From Anaerolineae bacterium (GTDB lineage: Bacteria; Chloroflexota; Anaerolineae; B4-G1; DUEL01), in contig JBDOIF010000038.1 in assembly GCA_041082215.1 (NCBI GenBank), forward strand, positions 1 through 50,137: a stretch of DNA of 50,137 nt. Direction: 5' to 3'. The position numbers and the translations under genes were made by a program. This document shows, piece by piece, positions 18,262 through 28,899 of this stretch. The stretch's first letter is position 1. Every line of letters starts with the position of its first letter. Under the pieces are notes generated by a model. It had not been told where the DNA came from and searched no databases. It worked only from the letters and a program-made list of their open reading frames with translations.

Positions 18262-18333
18262 ATATGTACTTCTTCTCCTCTGGCGCCTGGCTTCTCTACA
18301 ACCCGTCCGCTACAGGGCACCGGTGCAGGTCCC

Positions 18334-18362
18334 AATATAGCCGAAATCTCCGTTTGTGTCAA
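18334..18362 (-). promoter_or_regulatory. sigma70-type promoter of the lytic transglycosylase
   Basis: Minus strand TTGACA (18362-18357), 17-nt spacer, TATATT (18339-18334). Confidence 0.75.
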
Positions 18363-18378
18363 GCACACCTTACAGGAC

Positions 18379-18567
18379 AGGTGTATTTCAGTTTAGGGGC
18401 GAGATGTCCCTGGCCCGGGCCGGACCTGGGGAAACACGAATGACGCGAATGGAAACGAATACCGCGAATGGAGCAGGTATCCCCCCTATTCCGTATTCGG
18501 GCCATTCGTGGGATTCGCGATCCACCGGTGAGCGAGAGGACCACTCGCCCCGAAATTGAAATACACC
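18379..18567. mobile_element. MITE family A, copy 2
   Basis: Same terminal repeats and interior as copy 1; flanking direct repeat CTTACAGGAC. Confidence 0.9.
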
Positions 18568-18568
18568 C

Positions 18569-20242
<1,674 letters not shown>

Positions 20243-20260
20243 TTCACTCCCTCACGACGC

Positions 20261-20330
20261 TTGACGCTTGACGTTTGACGTTTGACGTTTGACGTTTGAC
20301 GTTTGACGCCTGACGTTTGACGTTTGACGC
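20261..20330. repeat. Heptamer tandem repeat (TTGACGY) x10 with degenerate flanks
   Basis: Ten consecutive units read directly between rnc and the mutase gene. Confidence 0.95.
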
Positions 20331-20351
20331 CCGACACCCAACGCCCACGAC

Positions 20352-21074
20352 TCACGCCTCACGTTTAACGCCCCTCAACGCCTCTTCGGCTGCGGCCCGC
20401 TCGGCGGCCTGCTTGGAGTGACCCTCGCCGCGGCCGATCACCTCCTGGTCCAGCAGGACCTCAGCGATGAAGGTTTTGGCATGGTCAGGGCCGATCTCAG
20501 CCACGATGCGGTAGCGGGGCGTGATCCCTCGCTCTCCCTGGGCCCATTCCTGGAGCCGGCTCTTGGCATCCTTATCCGCCTCGGCGGCCAGGATAGCCTG
20601 AGCGACCGGTTCGATCAGAGGGTACAAAAGCCGGCGGACCGGTTCCAGATCTCCGTCCAGGTAGAGGGCACCCATCAGCGCCTCGAAGCCGTCCCCCAGG
20701 TTGGCGGGCCGTTCCCGACCGCCTCCTTCTTCCTCTCCGCGGCCCAACCGGAGCACATCCCCCAATCCCAGTTGGGCTGCGAACTGGGCGAGGGTCTCTT
20801 CCCGCACCAGCACGGCGCGCAGCCGGGTCATCTCCCCTTCCTGGAAATCGGGATAACGCTGGAAGACCCAGGCGGCCACCGCCATACCGAGCACCGCATC
20901 CCCCAGGAACTCCAGCCGCTGGTTATCCGGCCCCTCCTCCGGATGTTCATTGACATAAGAGGGATGGGTGAGGGCACGGAGCAGCAGCCCCATATTCCGG
21001 AAGCGGTAGCCAATCCGGTCCTGGAATATCTCCAGGCTTATCTTTTGATTGACGTTTGACGCTTGACGTTCCAC
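20352..21074 (-). CDS. rnc: Ribonuclease III
   Basis: ALTHPS, NQRLEFLGDAVL, FEALMGALYLD, dsRBD (KSRLQE, GPDHAKTF, SKQAAE). Confidence 0.95.
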   Translation of the reverse strand: MERQASNVNQKISLEIFQDRIGYRFRNMGLLLRALTHPSYVNEHPEEGPDNQRLEFLGDAVLGMAVAAWVFQRYPDFQEGEMTRLRAVLVREETLAQFAAQLGLGDVLRLGRGEEEGGGRERPANLGDGFEALMGALYLDGDLEPVRRLLYPLIEPVAQAILAAEADKDAKSRLQEWAQGERGITPRYRIVAEIGPDHAKTFIAEVLLDQEVIGRGEGHSKQAAERAAAEEALRGVKREA

Positions 21075-21076
21075 GT
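21049..21076. repeat. Heptamer repeat (TTGACGY) x3 plus one degenerate unit at the rnc 5' end
   Basis: TTGACGT TTGACGC TTGACGT TCCACGT. Confidence 0.85.
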
Positions 21077-21077
21077 T

Positions 21078-21392
21078 TCAGGTTTGAGGTAGGGATCCCG
21101 CTCCCCCGCGCCGTGCCAATCTCTTTCTATATTTTTCCAGCGCCGCTTCGAGCGCCTGACCAGCGTCCACGCCACAGGCTTCGGCCAGCGCCAGGAGGGA
21201 ATAGAGAACATCTCCCAGCTCGGCAGTCAGCTCCGGGCCGGCACAGAAGGGACGGCGGCCGTAGTCGGTAGCCAGCAGGACCTCTTTGGCCACCTCCCCC
21301 ACCTCAGAGGCCAGGTCGAGGGCGTGGGTGGCAGGGTCGTGAAGGATCCCCTGGGCCTGGGCGAAGGTGGCGACCCGACGTTGCCAGTTCAT
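21078..21392 (-). CDS. MazG-like nucleotide pyrophosphohydrolase
   Basis: SEVGEVAKE and ELGDVLY motifs. Confidence 0.85.
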   Translation of the reverse strand: MNWQRRVATFAQAQGILHDPATHALDLASEVGEVAKEVLLATDYGRRPFCAGPELTAELGDVLYSLLALAEACGVDAGQALEAALEKYRKRLARRGGAGSLPQT

Positions 21393-21553
21393 GGGTTCAT
21401 CTCTTCGCACCGCTTTTCCGCCCGACTGCAGGGTATGGCGACGGTCTGCCCACTTGCCCCTTCTTATGGTAGCACAGAATGGAGAGAAGGGCAATCCAGG
21501 CAAATGAGCGGGTTTTCTACCCATCCGCGTCATTCGCCCTCAGGGGTTAAGTG

Positions 21554-21583
21554 CTGTAGGACAAGCTTCAGCTTGTCCTGCAG
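21554..21583. repeat. GTAG-type REP-like palindrome
   Basis: CTGTAGGACAAGCT-TC-AGCTTGTCCTGCAG; same family as 43959-43990. Confidence 0.75.
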
Positions 21584-21652
21584 TGGCAGGAGAGGAAGAT
21601 TTGGGGTACAATGACAAATGGTTTCTGCAGCGAGTGGCCAGCAGAGGAAAGG

Positions 21653-22777
21653 ATGGGAGCGATGGGGGAAGAAGGCCGCCGGACCGACACGTGCGATGTG
21701 GTAGTGGTGGGCGCGGGGATCGTGGGAGCGGCGGTGGCCGCCCGACTGGCCCGTTTCGGGGTGGAGGTGGCGGTGCTGGAAGCTCAGCAGGTCGCCGGAG
21801 GGGCCACGGGGCGAAGCGCAGGGCTGGTCGTCGCCGGGATGCCCGGCCACTACCTGTGGGCGGTGAAGGCCTTCGGGCGGGAACAGGCCCGTACCCTGTG
21901 GGCACTCACCGTCGAGGGACGGGAACGGCTTGTCGAGGCTGCCCGTCGGTTCGGAGTGCAGATGGAACAGACGGGCAGTCTGGCCGTGGCGGTAACGGAG
22001 CAAGAGGTGGAGGCACTGCATGCATCGGCGGAACTTCTGCGGGAGGACGGCTTCGATGCCTGGTTTGGCTCCACCGATCCCCTCCAGCGGGGTTTTCTGG
22101 CCGCCCTCCGGCAGCCAGACGACGGGGTGGTGGACGCCGCTGGACTTACCCGTGCCCTGCTCTCCTCCGCCCCCATCGCCGTCCACACCGATACCGAGGT
22201 CTACGACCTGGAGCCGGAAGGAGAGACAGTAAGGGTATGGGCTCAGCGGCGGACGGTTCGCTGCAAGACGGTAGTGCTGGCAGCCGATGGATATGCGCCC
22301 CTGCTGGACCCCTTTCTATCTCATTGGGTAGCCCCCGGCCGTGCTCTTATGGTCACCACCGGGCCGCTGACAGGGAAGGGTTTTCCCATCCCCTGCTATG
22401 CCGACTATGGCTACGAGTACGCCTGCCCTCTGCCGGACGGGCGATGGGTGCTGGCAGCCTGGCGGCGGCCCCGTCCTGGGGAGCATCCCGAACCCGACCT
22501 GTCGCTCCGGGAAGGGCTGCGCCGCTTTATCGAGCGGTACTTCCCCGAAGTTCAGGGGCATATCGCCCACCGCCGCTCCGGCATCATGGGCTTTACGCCG
22601 GACGGCCTCCCCATCGTGGGTGCCCTTCCCCACATGCCCCAGGTCGTCTTCGCCCTGGGGTTCGGTGGATGGGGGCTGAGCTGGGCCTTTATCGCCGCCG
22701 AGCGGCTGGTGGAATGGGTCCTCCAGGGCACCGACCCCGGCATCCTCTCAACCGAGCGGCTGGCCGGCCACCAGTAA
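21653..22777 (+). CDS. FAD-dependent oxidoreductase (DAO/glycine oxidase family)
   Basis: VVGAGIVG, GATGRSAG, GFTPDGLPIVG, GFGGWG. Confidence 0.88.
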   Translation: MGAMGEEGRRTDTCDVVVVGAGIVGAAVAARLARFGVEVAVLEAQQVAGGATGRSAGLVVAGMPGHYLWAVKAFGREQARTLWALTVEGRERLVEAARRFGVQMEQTGSLAVAVTEQEVEALHASAELLREDGFDAWFGSTDPLQRGFLAALRQPDDGVVDAAGLTRALLSSAPIAVHTDTEVYDLEPEGETVRVWAQRRTVRCKTVVLAADGYAPLLDPFLSHWVAPGRALMVTTGPLTGKGFPIPCYADYGYEYACPLPDGRWVLAAWRRPRPGEHPEPDLSLREGLRRFIERYFPEVQGHIAHRRSGIMGFTPDGLPIVGALPHMPQVVFALGFGGWGLSWAFIAAERLVEWVLQGTDPGILSTERLAGHQ

Positions 22778-22792
22778 CCGGCAACCAGCCTC

Positions 22793-23662
22793 CTACCTCA
22801 CCGCCCGTGCGATGGCCTCGATATGGACGGGGGTGGAGCCGCAGCAGCCGCCGACGATGCGGGCCCCCATCTCCACGAACCGGCGGGCATACCCGGCCAT
22901 CATCTCCGGCGTGGCATCGTAGACGATCCGTCCCCCCTCCATCTTCGGGATGCCAGCGTTGGGCTTCACGATCAGGGGGAGATGGGGGGCCGTCTCCTGC
23001 ATCTTGCGCGCCGCCTCTTCCGTCATCTCCAGGGTGGCCCCGCAGTTGGCCCCAAGGGCGGTGACGCCCAGCTCCGAAAGCGTCCTGGCTGCCTGCTCCG
23101 GCCGGACCCCCATATGGGTTCGGCCTTTGGTATCGAAGGAAAGCGTCACGGTAAGGGGCAGATCAGGCGCGGCCCGACGGGCTCCCTCCACTGCCGCCCG
23201 CACCTCCTCCAGACTGGACATCGTCTCGATATAGAGGACATCCACTCCGGCCTCGGCCAGGGCGGCCGCCTGCTCGGCGAAGAGCTCCACCGCCTCCTCG
23301 TAGGTCCGCTTCCCCAGCGGCGCCAGCAGTTCCCCCAGAGGGCCGATGTCGCCTGCCACGAAGGCCCGGCCGGCGGCGGCCTGACGGGCGACCTCCACCG
23401 CCCGCCGGTTGACCTCAGCCACCCGCTCAGCCAGGCCGACATGCCCAAGCCGCGCCCGGGTCCCGCCAAAGGAGCAGGAGAGGATCAGCTCCGCTCCCGC
23501 CTCAATATAGGCCTGATGGACGCGGGCGACCGCCTCCGGCTGTTCCATCACCCAGACCTCGCCCGGCGTGCCCGGCGGAAGGCCCGCCGCCTGGAGCATC
23601 GTCCCCATCGCCCCGTCGGCCACCAGGACGGGGCCATTCGTCAGACGGGTAAGGAAATCCAT
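22793..23662 (-). CDS. Homocysteine S-methyltransferase domain protein (stand-alone MetH Hcy-binding domain)
   Basis: DGAMGT, IETM, GANC, PNAG, GGCCG Zn ligands. Confidence 0.9.
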   Translation of the reverse strand: MDFLTRLTNGPVLVADGAMGTMLQAAGLPPGTPGEVWVMEQPEAVARVHQAYIEAGAELILSCSFGGTRARLGHVGLAERVAEVNRRAVEVARQAAAGRAFVAGDIGPLGELLAPLGKRTYEEAVELFAEQAAALAEAGVDVLYIETMSSLEEVRAAVEGARRAAPDLPLTVTLSFDTKGRTHMGVRPEQAARTLSELGVTALGANCGATLEMTEEAARKMQETAPHLPLIVKPNAGIPKMEGGRIVYDATPEMMAGYARRFVEMGARIVGGCCGSTPVHIEAIARAVR

Positions 23663-23745
23663 CGTCCCGCTCCTGTCGCAGAAAAGCTTTTGGGGTTAAG
23701 TATAGCAGGGATAGGGGGATTCCGTCAATTCACAGGGCAATCGTT

Positions 23746-24414
23746 TCATTTGGACTCAGGCAGGAACGGTATCAACTGGTCAATGAAAGCGTGCGGGGAG
23801 CGGGTCTGGATCAGGATGCGCCCCGGCCCGATCAATTGCGCGACAAATCCTTCGCCACTTAAGAGGGTGGCCTTCAACCCGCCAACCGACCGGAATTCTA
23901 CGGGCATATGAGCGTCAAAGGCCACCAGGTATGTGGAATCCACAGTGTACTTTTCACCGGGGCCCAACACTTTCTCGTAGATGGCGCCGCAGGAAGCGAG
24001 CAACAGTTTGCCTTTACCGGAAACTTCCAGCATAGAAAAACCCTCGGCGGCGACAAAGGTTCTGGCGCTGATCCCGGCGCCCAGTTCAACCCCCATTTCA
24101 GAGGCCAGGTAGGAAGTGGACTGCACCATCATTTTTCCGCCTTGCAACGTTAACACAAAGACATCGCCAGGCAGAGCAGGGGCAAAGGTCACCTCCCCGC
24201 CACTGGCCGGAGCCTTGAAGAAGTTCTGAAAGAGACTCTCCTCACCCAGTGCAGCACGCCCCAACGCTCCGAGTAACCCGCCAGCCCTGCTCTCCATCGT
24301 CACACCTTCGGACATGCTGACCATCGCCCTGGCATTGGCGCGGATATGCTCTCCAGGCCCTAATTTGACCACTCCCAGAGAATAAGACGGACGATACAGG
24401 ATTTCTACTTCCAT
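23746..24414 (-). CDS. TIGR00266/AIM24 family protein
   Basis: AMVSMS, GEVTFAPALPGD, SGEGFV...GPG.I..QTR. Confidence 0.85.
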   Translation of the reverse strand: MEVEILYRPSYSLGVVKLGPGEHIRANARAMVSMSEGVTMESRAGGLLGALGRAALGEESLFQNFFKAPASGGEVTFAPALPGDVFVLTLQGGKMMVQSTSYLASEMGVELGAGISARTFVAAEGFSMLEVSGKGKLLLASCGAIYEKVLGPGEKYTVDSTYLVAFDAHMPVEFRSVGGLKATLLSGEGFVAQLIGPGRILIQTRSPHAFIDQLIPFLPESK

Positions 24415-24425
24415 ACGTTAGACCC

Positions 24426-25568
24426 TCATTCGCTTCTGGCGCAGTCAGCACTTTGCGCACCCGGCAGAATGAAACTGAAAGTGCTCCCTTCACCCAGGGT
24501 ACTTTCCACCGCGACCTCGCCGTGCAAACGCTCTACAATGTGGCGCACAATCGCCAGTCCCAGGCCATGCCCTTCCCGAGTCCGATCCAGCCGTGTGAAG
24601 GGAGTAAACAGTTTATCCAGTTTTTCAGGGGGAATCCCCTGGCCGTTGTCGCGCACCCAGAAGCGCGCCCGCCTGTCCGGGAGGGTCTCGCCCCCCAGAA
24701 TGATGCGCGGGGGTTGTCCCCCGTATTTGATCGCATTGGTAATGTAATTGTGCCAGACCTCCGAAATCCAGGGCGCGTAGCCAATGGCATAGGGCCAGGT
24801 AGAGGGGCAACTGACTTCGGCGTGAGCATTCGCGAGTTGGAATTCCAGCAGGGCGAGCACCTCGGCCACGATCTTTCCCATATCCAGTTCTTCAAAGGGG
24901 ACTTCTTCCTGGCGCACCGAGGCCAGAAAAAGAAGGGCCTCGATAATATCGGCCATACGGCGCGCTTTTCTCAACGCCATCGTTAACAACAGCCTGGCTT
25001 CCTCTGGCACGGTTATCTCCTGGCTTGCCAGGACCTCTAAAGCACCAACCACCACCGAGAGGGGATTGCGCAGGTCATGGGCCACCGTTTGGGCAAAAAG
25101 GTCCAGTTCGCGGTTACGGCTCTCCAGTTCGGCGGCATAATGGCGCAGCGCTTCATCGGCCCGACGCTTTTCTTCCGCCAAGCGGTGCTGCTCCAGGACC
25201 TGTTCAATCACGGCCGGCAGCAATTCCAGATAGCCGCCCTCCACATCCTTGACGATGTAATCGCGCGCGCCTATCTTCATCGCTTCCACAGCGATGGTTT
25301 CGCTGCCTGTGCCGGTGACCATAATGATCGGGGGAAGCGGCCCGCGTGCCTGCAGGCGTCGGAGCACCTCCAGACCATCGCAGATCGGCATATTTTGATC
25401 CACAGTGATCAAGTCAAAGGAGGCCGGGTCGTAAAGGGCCAGGCCTTCTTCGCCGTTGGCAGCGATGGTCACGCGATATCCCAGGCGTTCCAGCCGTCTC
25501 TGGAGCAGGCGCGCCTGACCGACGTCATCTTCCATGCACAGAATTCGTACGGGTGCTCGCTCGCTCAT
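24426..25568 (-). CDS. Hybrid receiver-histidine kinase
   Basis: N-terminal REC domain, AHDLRNPL, NAIKY, DNGQG, GHGLGL. Confidence 0.92.
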   Translation of the reverse strand: MSERAPVRILCMEDDVGQARLLQRRLERLGYRVTIAANGEEGLALYDPASFDLITVDQNMPICDGLEVLRRLQARGPLPPIIMVTGTGSETIAVEAMKIGARDYIVKDVEGGYLELLPAVIEQVLEQHRLAEEKRRADEALRHYAAELESRNRELDLFAQTVAHDLRNPLSVVVGALEVLASQEITVPEEARLLLTMALRKARRMADIIEALLFLASVRQEEVPFEELDMGKIVAEVLALLEFQLANAHAEVSCPSTWPYAIGYAPWISEVWHNYITNAIKYGGQPPRIILGGETLPDRRARFWVRDNGQGIPPEKLDKLFTPFTRLDRTREGHGLGLAIVRHIVERLHGEVAVESTLGEGSTFSFILPGAQSADCARSE

Positions 25569-25570
25569 CC

Positions 25571-26014
25571 CTATTCTCCATCCGGAATAGTGACGATGGT
25601 CAAAAAGAGGCCTAATTTGCTGATGGCATCCGCAAATTGCTCATAATCCAGCGGTTTCGTGACGTAGACGTTGCACCCCAGTTGGTAGCAGCGCTCCACT
25701 TCCCGGTAATCGTCCGTCGTGGTCAGAATGATGACCGGGATGGAGCGCGTCTCCGGGGTGCTCTTCATGCGCTCCAGCACCTGATACCCGTCAATGACGG
25801 GCAAATTGAGGTCCAGCAGCACCAGCAAGGGTGAGGGTCGCGGCTGCCCGGCATACGCTCCCTGTGAAAACAGGAAATCCAGAGCAGCCTGCCCGTCATT
25901 TACAATGACCAGGCGATTGTTGATATTGGAACGCCGCAGGTTTTTCTCAATCAGTCGGGCGTGCCCTGGGTCGTCTTCCACCAGCAAAATGGTGACTTCA
26001 CTTTTAGAGGACAT
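25571..26014 (-). CDS. Single-domain response regulator (Rcp1-like)
   Basis: LLVEDD, LLDLNLP, IILTT, YVTKP. Confidence 0.92.
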   Translation of the reverse strand: MSSKSEVTILLVEDDPGHARLIEKNLRRSNINNRLVIVNDGQAALDFLFSQGAYAGQPRPSPLLVLLDLNLPVIDGYQVLERMKSTPETRSIPVIILTTTDDYREVERCYQLGCNVYVTKPLDYEQFADAISKLGLFLTIVTIPDGE

Positions 26015-26020
26015 CGGGTC

Positions 26021-28648
26021 TCACTCCTTATGAAGTTTGGCGATTGAGAAACTGAATACACTGCCTTCCCCCAGCACCGACTGGCAGGTAATCTCGCCGC
26101 CGTGGCGGCGGACCAGCGCCTGGACATAGGGCAGGCCCATGCCTTCGCCCGGGACGTTCTGAGAGCCGACGCGGCGGAACGGCATGAATACCTTATCCAT
26201 ATCCTCCGCGGCAATGCCCCGGCCATTATCTCGCACGTGAAAGAGAAAACGGTCCGCTCCCTCCTCAGCGGTGATGGTGATATGCCCCGGCCGACCCGGC
26301 ACGAGGTATTTCACCGCATTATCCAGCAAATTCCCGATCACCTGTTCCATTGCGGTGCGATCGGCCACAATGACTGGCAGAGGTGCCAGGTCCACCGTGA
26401 CCTGTTTCTCCTTCAGTTGGTGGGAGAGCGCGTTCAGCACGTTCTGGACCACCCCGTTCATATCCACCGATTCCAGACGCAACTCCCGCCGTCCCAGGCG
26501 CGAAAGGGTGAGCAGCGCGCTGATGAAACGGTCCATACGGCTGACGGAACTGATGATGAAATTCAATGCCTCCGGAATATCTTCTTCCAGGACCTGGCGC
26601 AGACGCACCTGTTCATCCGCTGGCAATTGCGGCAACAGTCTTTCCAGGAAGGGGGTCAGTTCGCTCAAGCTGGCGCGCAGTTCATCGGAGAACCCCATCA
26701 AATTGACGAGAGGGGCGCGCAGGTCGTGCGAGACGATGTATGCAAAGCGCTTCACTTCTTCTTTCTGCGCTTCCACCTCGGCGGTGCGTTCTCTGACCCG
26801 TTGCTCCAGCTGCGCGACCAGTTCTATGTACTCCACGGCCACGCGCACCTGCTCTATCAGGTTCGCGGTGAAATTCAGAGCCTCTTCGCTGATGGCGTTG
26901 GGAGCGGTGTGGAACGCATGGACAGCCCCCCGCAACCGTCCCTCAATCCAGAGGGGCCAGGTATACCAGGCACGCACCTCGGGCGGAAGATGGTCGCGCA
27001 GGGGATGGTCTTCGGTCTGCAGGTCATAGTACAGATGCGGCGCGCCCTGTTCCATGCTCCAGGTTGTGCAGGCCTGGAGTGTTTCCTCCGGGATGGCCAG
27101 CGGACCGGCGCCGAACCGATGCATTTGTCCATCGCATTCCAGGAGAATCTCAAAACGCGCAACTTCCAGCAGTGCTACTGCCTGTTCCGCGACCAGTGAC
27201 ATCACCTGGTCCAGGTCCCGGCTGCTGGTAATTGCATAGTCAATTGCGCGCAGGGCTTCCAGGCGCGAAATTTGCCGGAGAATCTGCGCATACGCCGCGC
27301 GCAGGTTCACCAGCATCCGTTGCAGCGCCAGACCCAGCACATCCTGATCCGAACAGACGGGCACCTCAATATCCAGTTTCGGCTGCGACACCGCAGTGGC
27401 CGCCGCTGCCATCTTTTGCAAATATTCTGCCATCGCCCCGAAGGCCTCCTCGGCCTCGTGGAAACTGGCGATGATGGAGTTGAAGGCCTGGGCCAGTTTT
27501 CCCAGTTCGTCGCGGCGCTGGATGTGCAGGGGTTCCGTGGTCACTTCCAGGCTTAACTGCACATTCCCACACGATAGGGAACGTAATTGCTCCGTGAGGG
27601 CCTGCAAATCCACTTCGGCAATCTGCCGGGCATGGCGCACGACCTGGCCTAACGGCCGGGTAATCTGGCGAATCAACGCTGTGTTCATCACCAGGGCCAG
27701 AAGAGAGGCAACGCCAATCGCAACGGCAATCAGGAGGCGCGTCCGGCGCACCAGGGATTCCGCGCTCTGGCTCCGCTCGTCCACCCTTCGCGCCACGCTT
27801 GCGTTCATCTCGCTCACCGCCGCGAGAATCTCCGGCTCCAGAGCGTCCAGATTGGCGCGCGCCTGCAGCAAGGCACCGTAGTCGCTCCGAATGTCCTGAA
27901 CGCCCTGATAATAAAGGCGCAAGGCATCCGTGACCGCGAGCATATAGGATTTCTGCCCCTCATCCGGCCAGCGGCGGATCAGTTCAGCGAGAGCGGCCTG
28001 CGCCTGTTCATAAGCCCGGTCGGCCAACACCAGGTAGCCTTCTTCCCCCGTCAGCAGATACTGCCCCACGTTGAGGCGCAGGTTCTGGAAGTTGTTTTGC
28101 GCGTTGTTAAAGTACAGAAACAGGGTGAAATCATCTGCCGTGGTCAAAGCGACCCGTAAAGCGCTCAAATGCCATTCAATGGTTAAAGCCTGGACGTCCA
28201 GCACTTCGGATTGAATCCGTTGTTGATGCTGGATCAGGGTGGCGATGATGCCAAATGTTTCCTCATAACGTCGTGTGGTGGCAATAAGGCGTCCCAGCAT
28301 CTCCCGCAGTGATGGATCCGTAGCCCCCTGCCAGGCCTGCAGGATCAAGCCCTGCAAACGAGTATAGGTGGCCTCCAGACTGTCCCGGTCCTGTTGCTGG
28401 TGCGTGTTAATGTAACGATGTACGTAATAGCGTACTTCCAGCGTATCTCGCAAAATCTCCTGCACCAGTTGCTGGTCCTGAGTCAGAGACTGTCTCAGGG
28501 CATCAAACGTTGCGTTGATGGAATAGAGGCGGTATAGCGCGAAGGCGCTGACCCCGCCCAGGAGGATAAACACCAGCAGATAGCCCGCCAGAATCCGGGC
28601 TCCCACACGCGTCTGGAACCACTTGAGCAAAGGCAAACGATTGAGCAT
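26021..28648 (-). CDS. Membrane sensor histidine kinase (helical extracytoplasmic sensor, HAMP, GAF, HisKA, HATPase)
   Basis: Two TM segments, RRDELGKLAQAFN, SHDLRAPL, NAVKY, DNGRG, GEGMGL. Confidence 0.92.
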   Translation of the reverse strand: MLNRLPLLKWFQTRVGARILAGYLLVFILLGGVSAFALYRLYSINATFDALRQSLTQDQQLVQEILRDTLEVRYYVHRYINTHQQQDRDSLEATYTRLQGLILQAWQGATDPSLREMLGRLIATTRRYEETFGIIATLIQHQQRIQSEVLDVQALTIEWHLSALRVALTTADDFTLFLYFNNAQNNFQNLRLNVGQYLLTGEEGYLVLADRAYEQAQAALAELIRRWPDEGQKSYMLAVTDALRLYYQGVQDIRSDYGALLQARANLDALEPEILAAVSEMNASVARRVDERSQSAESLVRRTRLLIAVAIGVASLLALVMNTALIRQITRPLGQVVRHARQIAEVDLQALTEQLRSLSCGNVQLSLEVTTEPLHIQRRDELGKLAQAFNSIIASFHEAEEAFGAMAEYLQKMAAAATAVSQPKLDIEVPVCSDQDVLGLALQRMLVNLRAAYAQILRQISRLEALRAIDYAITSSRDLDQVMSLVAEQAVALLEVARFEILLECDGQMHRFGAGPLAIPEETLQACTTWSMEQGAPHLYYDLQTEDHPLRDHLPPEVRAWYTWPLWIEGRLRGAVHAFHTAPNAISEEALNFTANLIEQVRVAVEYIELVAQLEQRVRERTAEVEAQKEEVKRFAYIVSHDLRAPLVNLMGFSDELRASLSELTPFLERLLPQLPADEQVRLRQVLEEDIPEALNFIISSVSRMDRFISALLTLSRLGRRELRLESVDMNGVVQNVLNALSHQLKEKQVTVDLAPLPVIVADRTAMEQVIGNLLDNAVKYLVPGRPGHITITAEEGADRFLFHVRDNGRGIAAEDMDKVFMPFRRVGSQNVPGEGMGLPYVQALVRRHGGEITCQSVLGEGSVFSFSIAKLHKE

Positions 28649-28775
28649 TGGGGATCAACCTTTCCAGTTCAGTACCCCGAAGATTCTCTCCCTTATCCCT
28701 CGCTACGCCCGAGGGAGCGAGGAAAGAGGAGTGAGGTTTTGCGACGGCCGCAGGCCAATGACACTAACTTTTCCC

Positions 28776-28865
28776 GTGGCGTAGGCTGTTAGCCTGCGTT
28801 GGACGGCGAAAAAGGCTTGTGCGCAGGAAATGGTCCGGAATTACAGGCATGGCGGCCTACGCTAC
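28776..28865. repeat. Inverted pair of GTAG-type REP-like units
   Basis: GTGGCGTAGGCTGTTAGCCTGC ... ACAGGCATGGCGGCCTACGCTAC; inverted counterpart of 12997-13045. Confidence 0.7.
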
Positions 28866-28899
28866 AATCTTCAAAATCCTGGGCGTGTTCGGAGAGTCC

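Noticed and set aside
20261..20330. Tandem repeat as a CRISPR array
   Set aside because: 7-nt units with no spacers and no cas genes in the window
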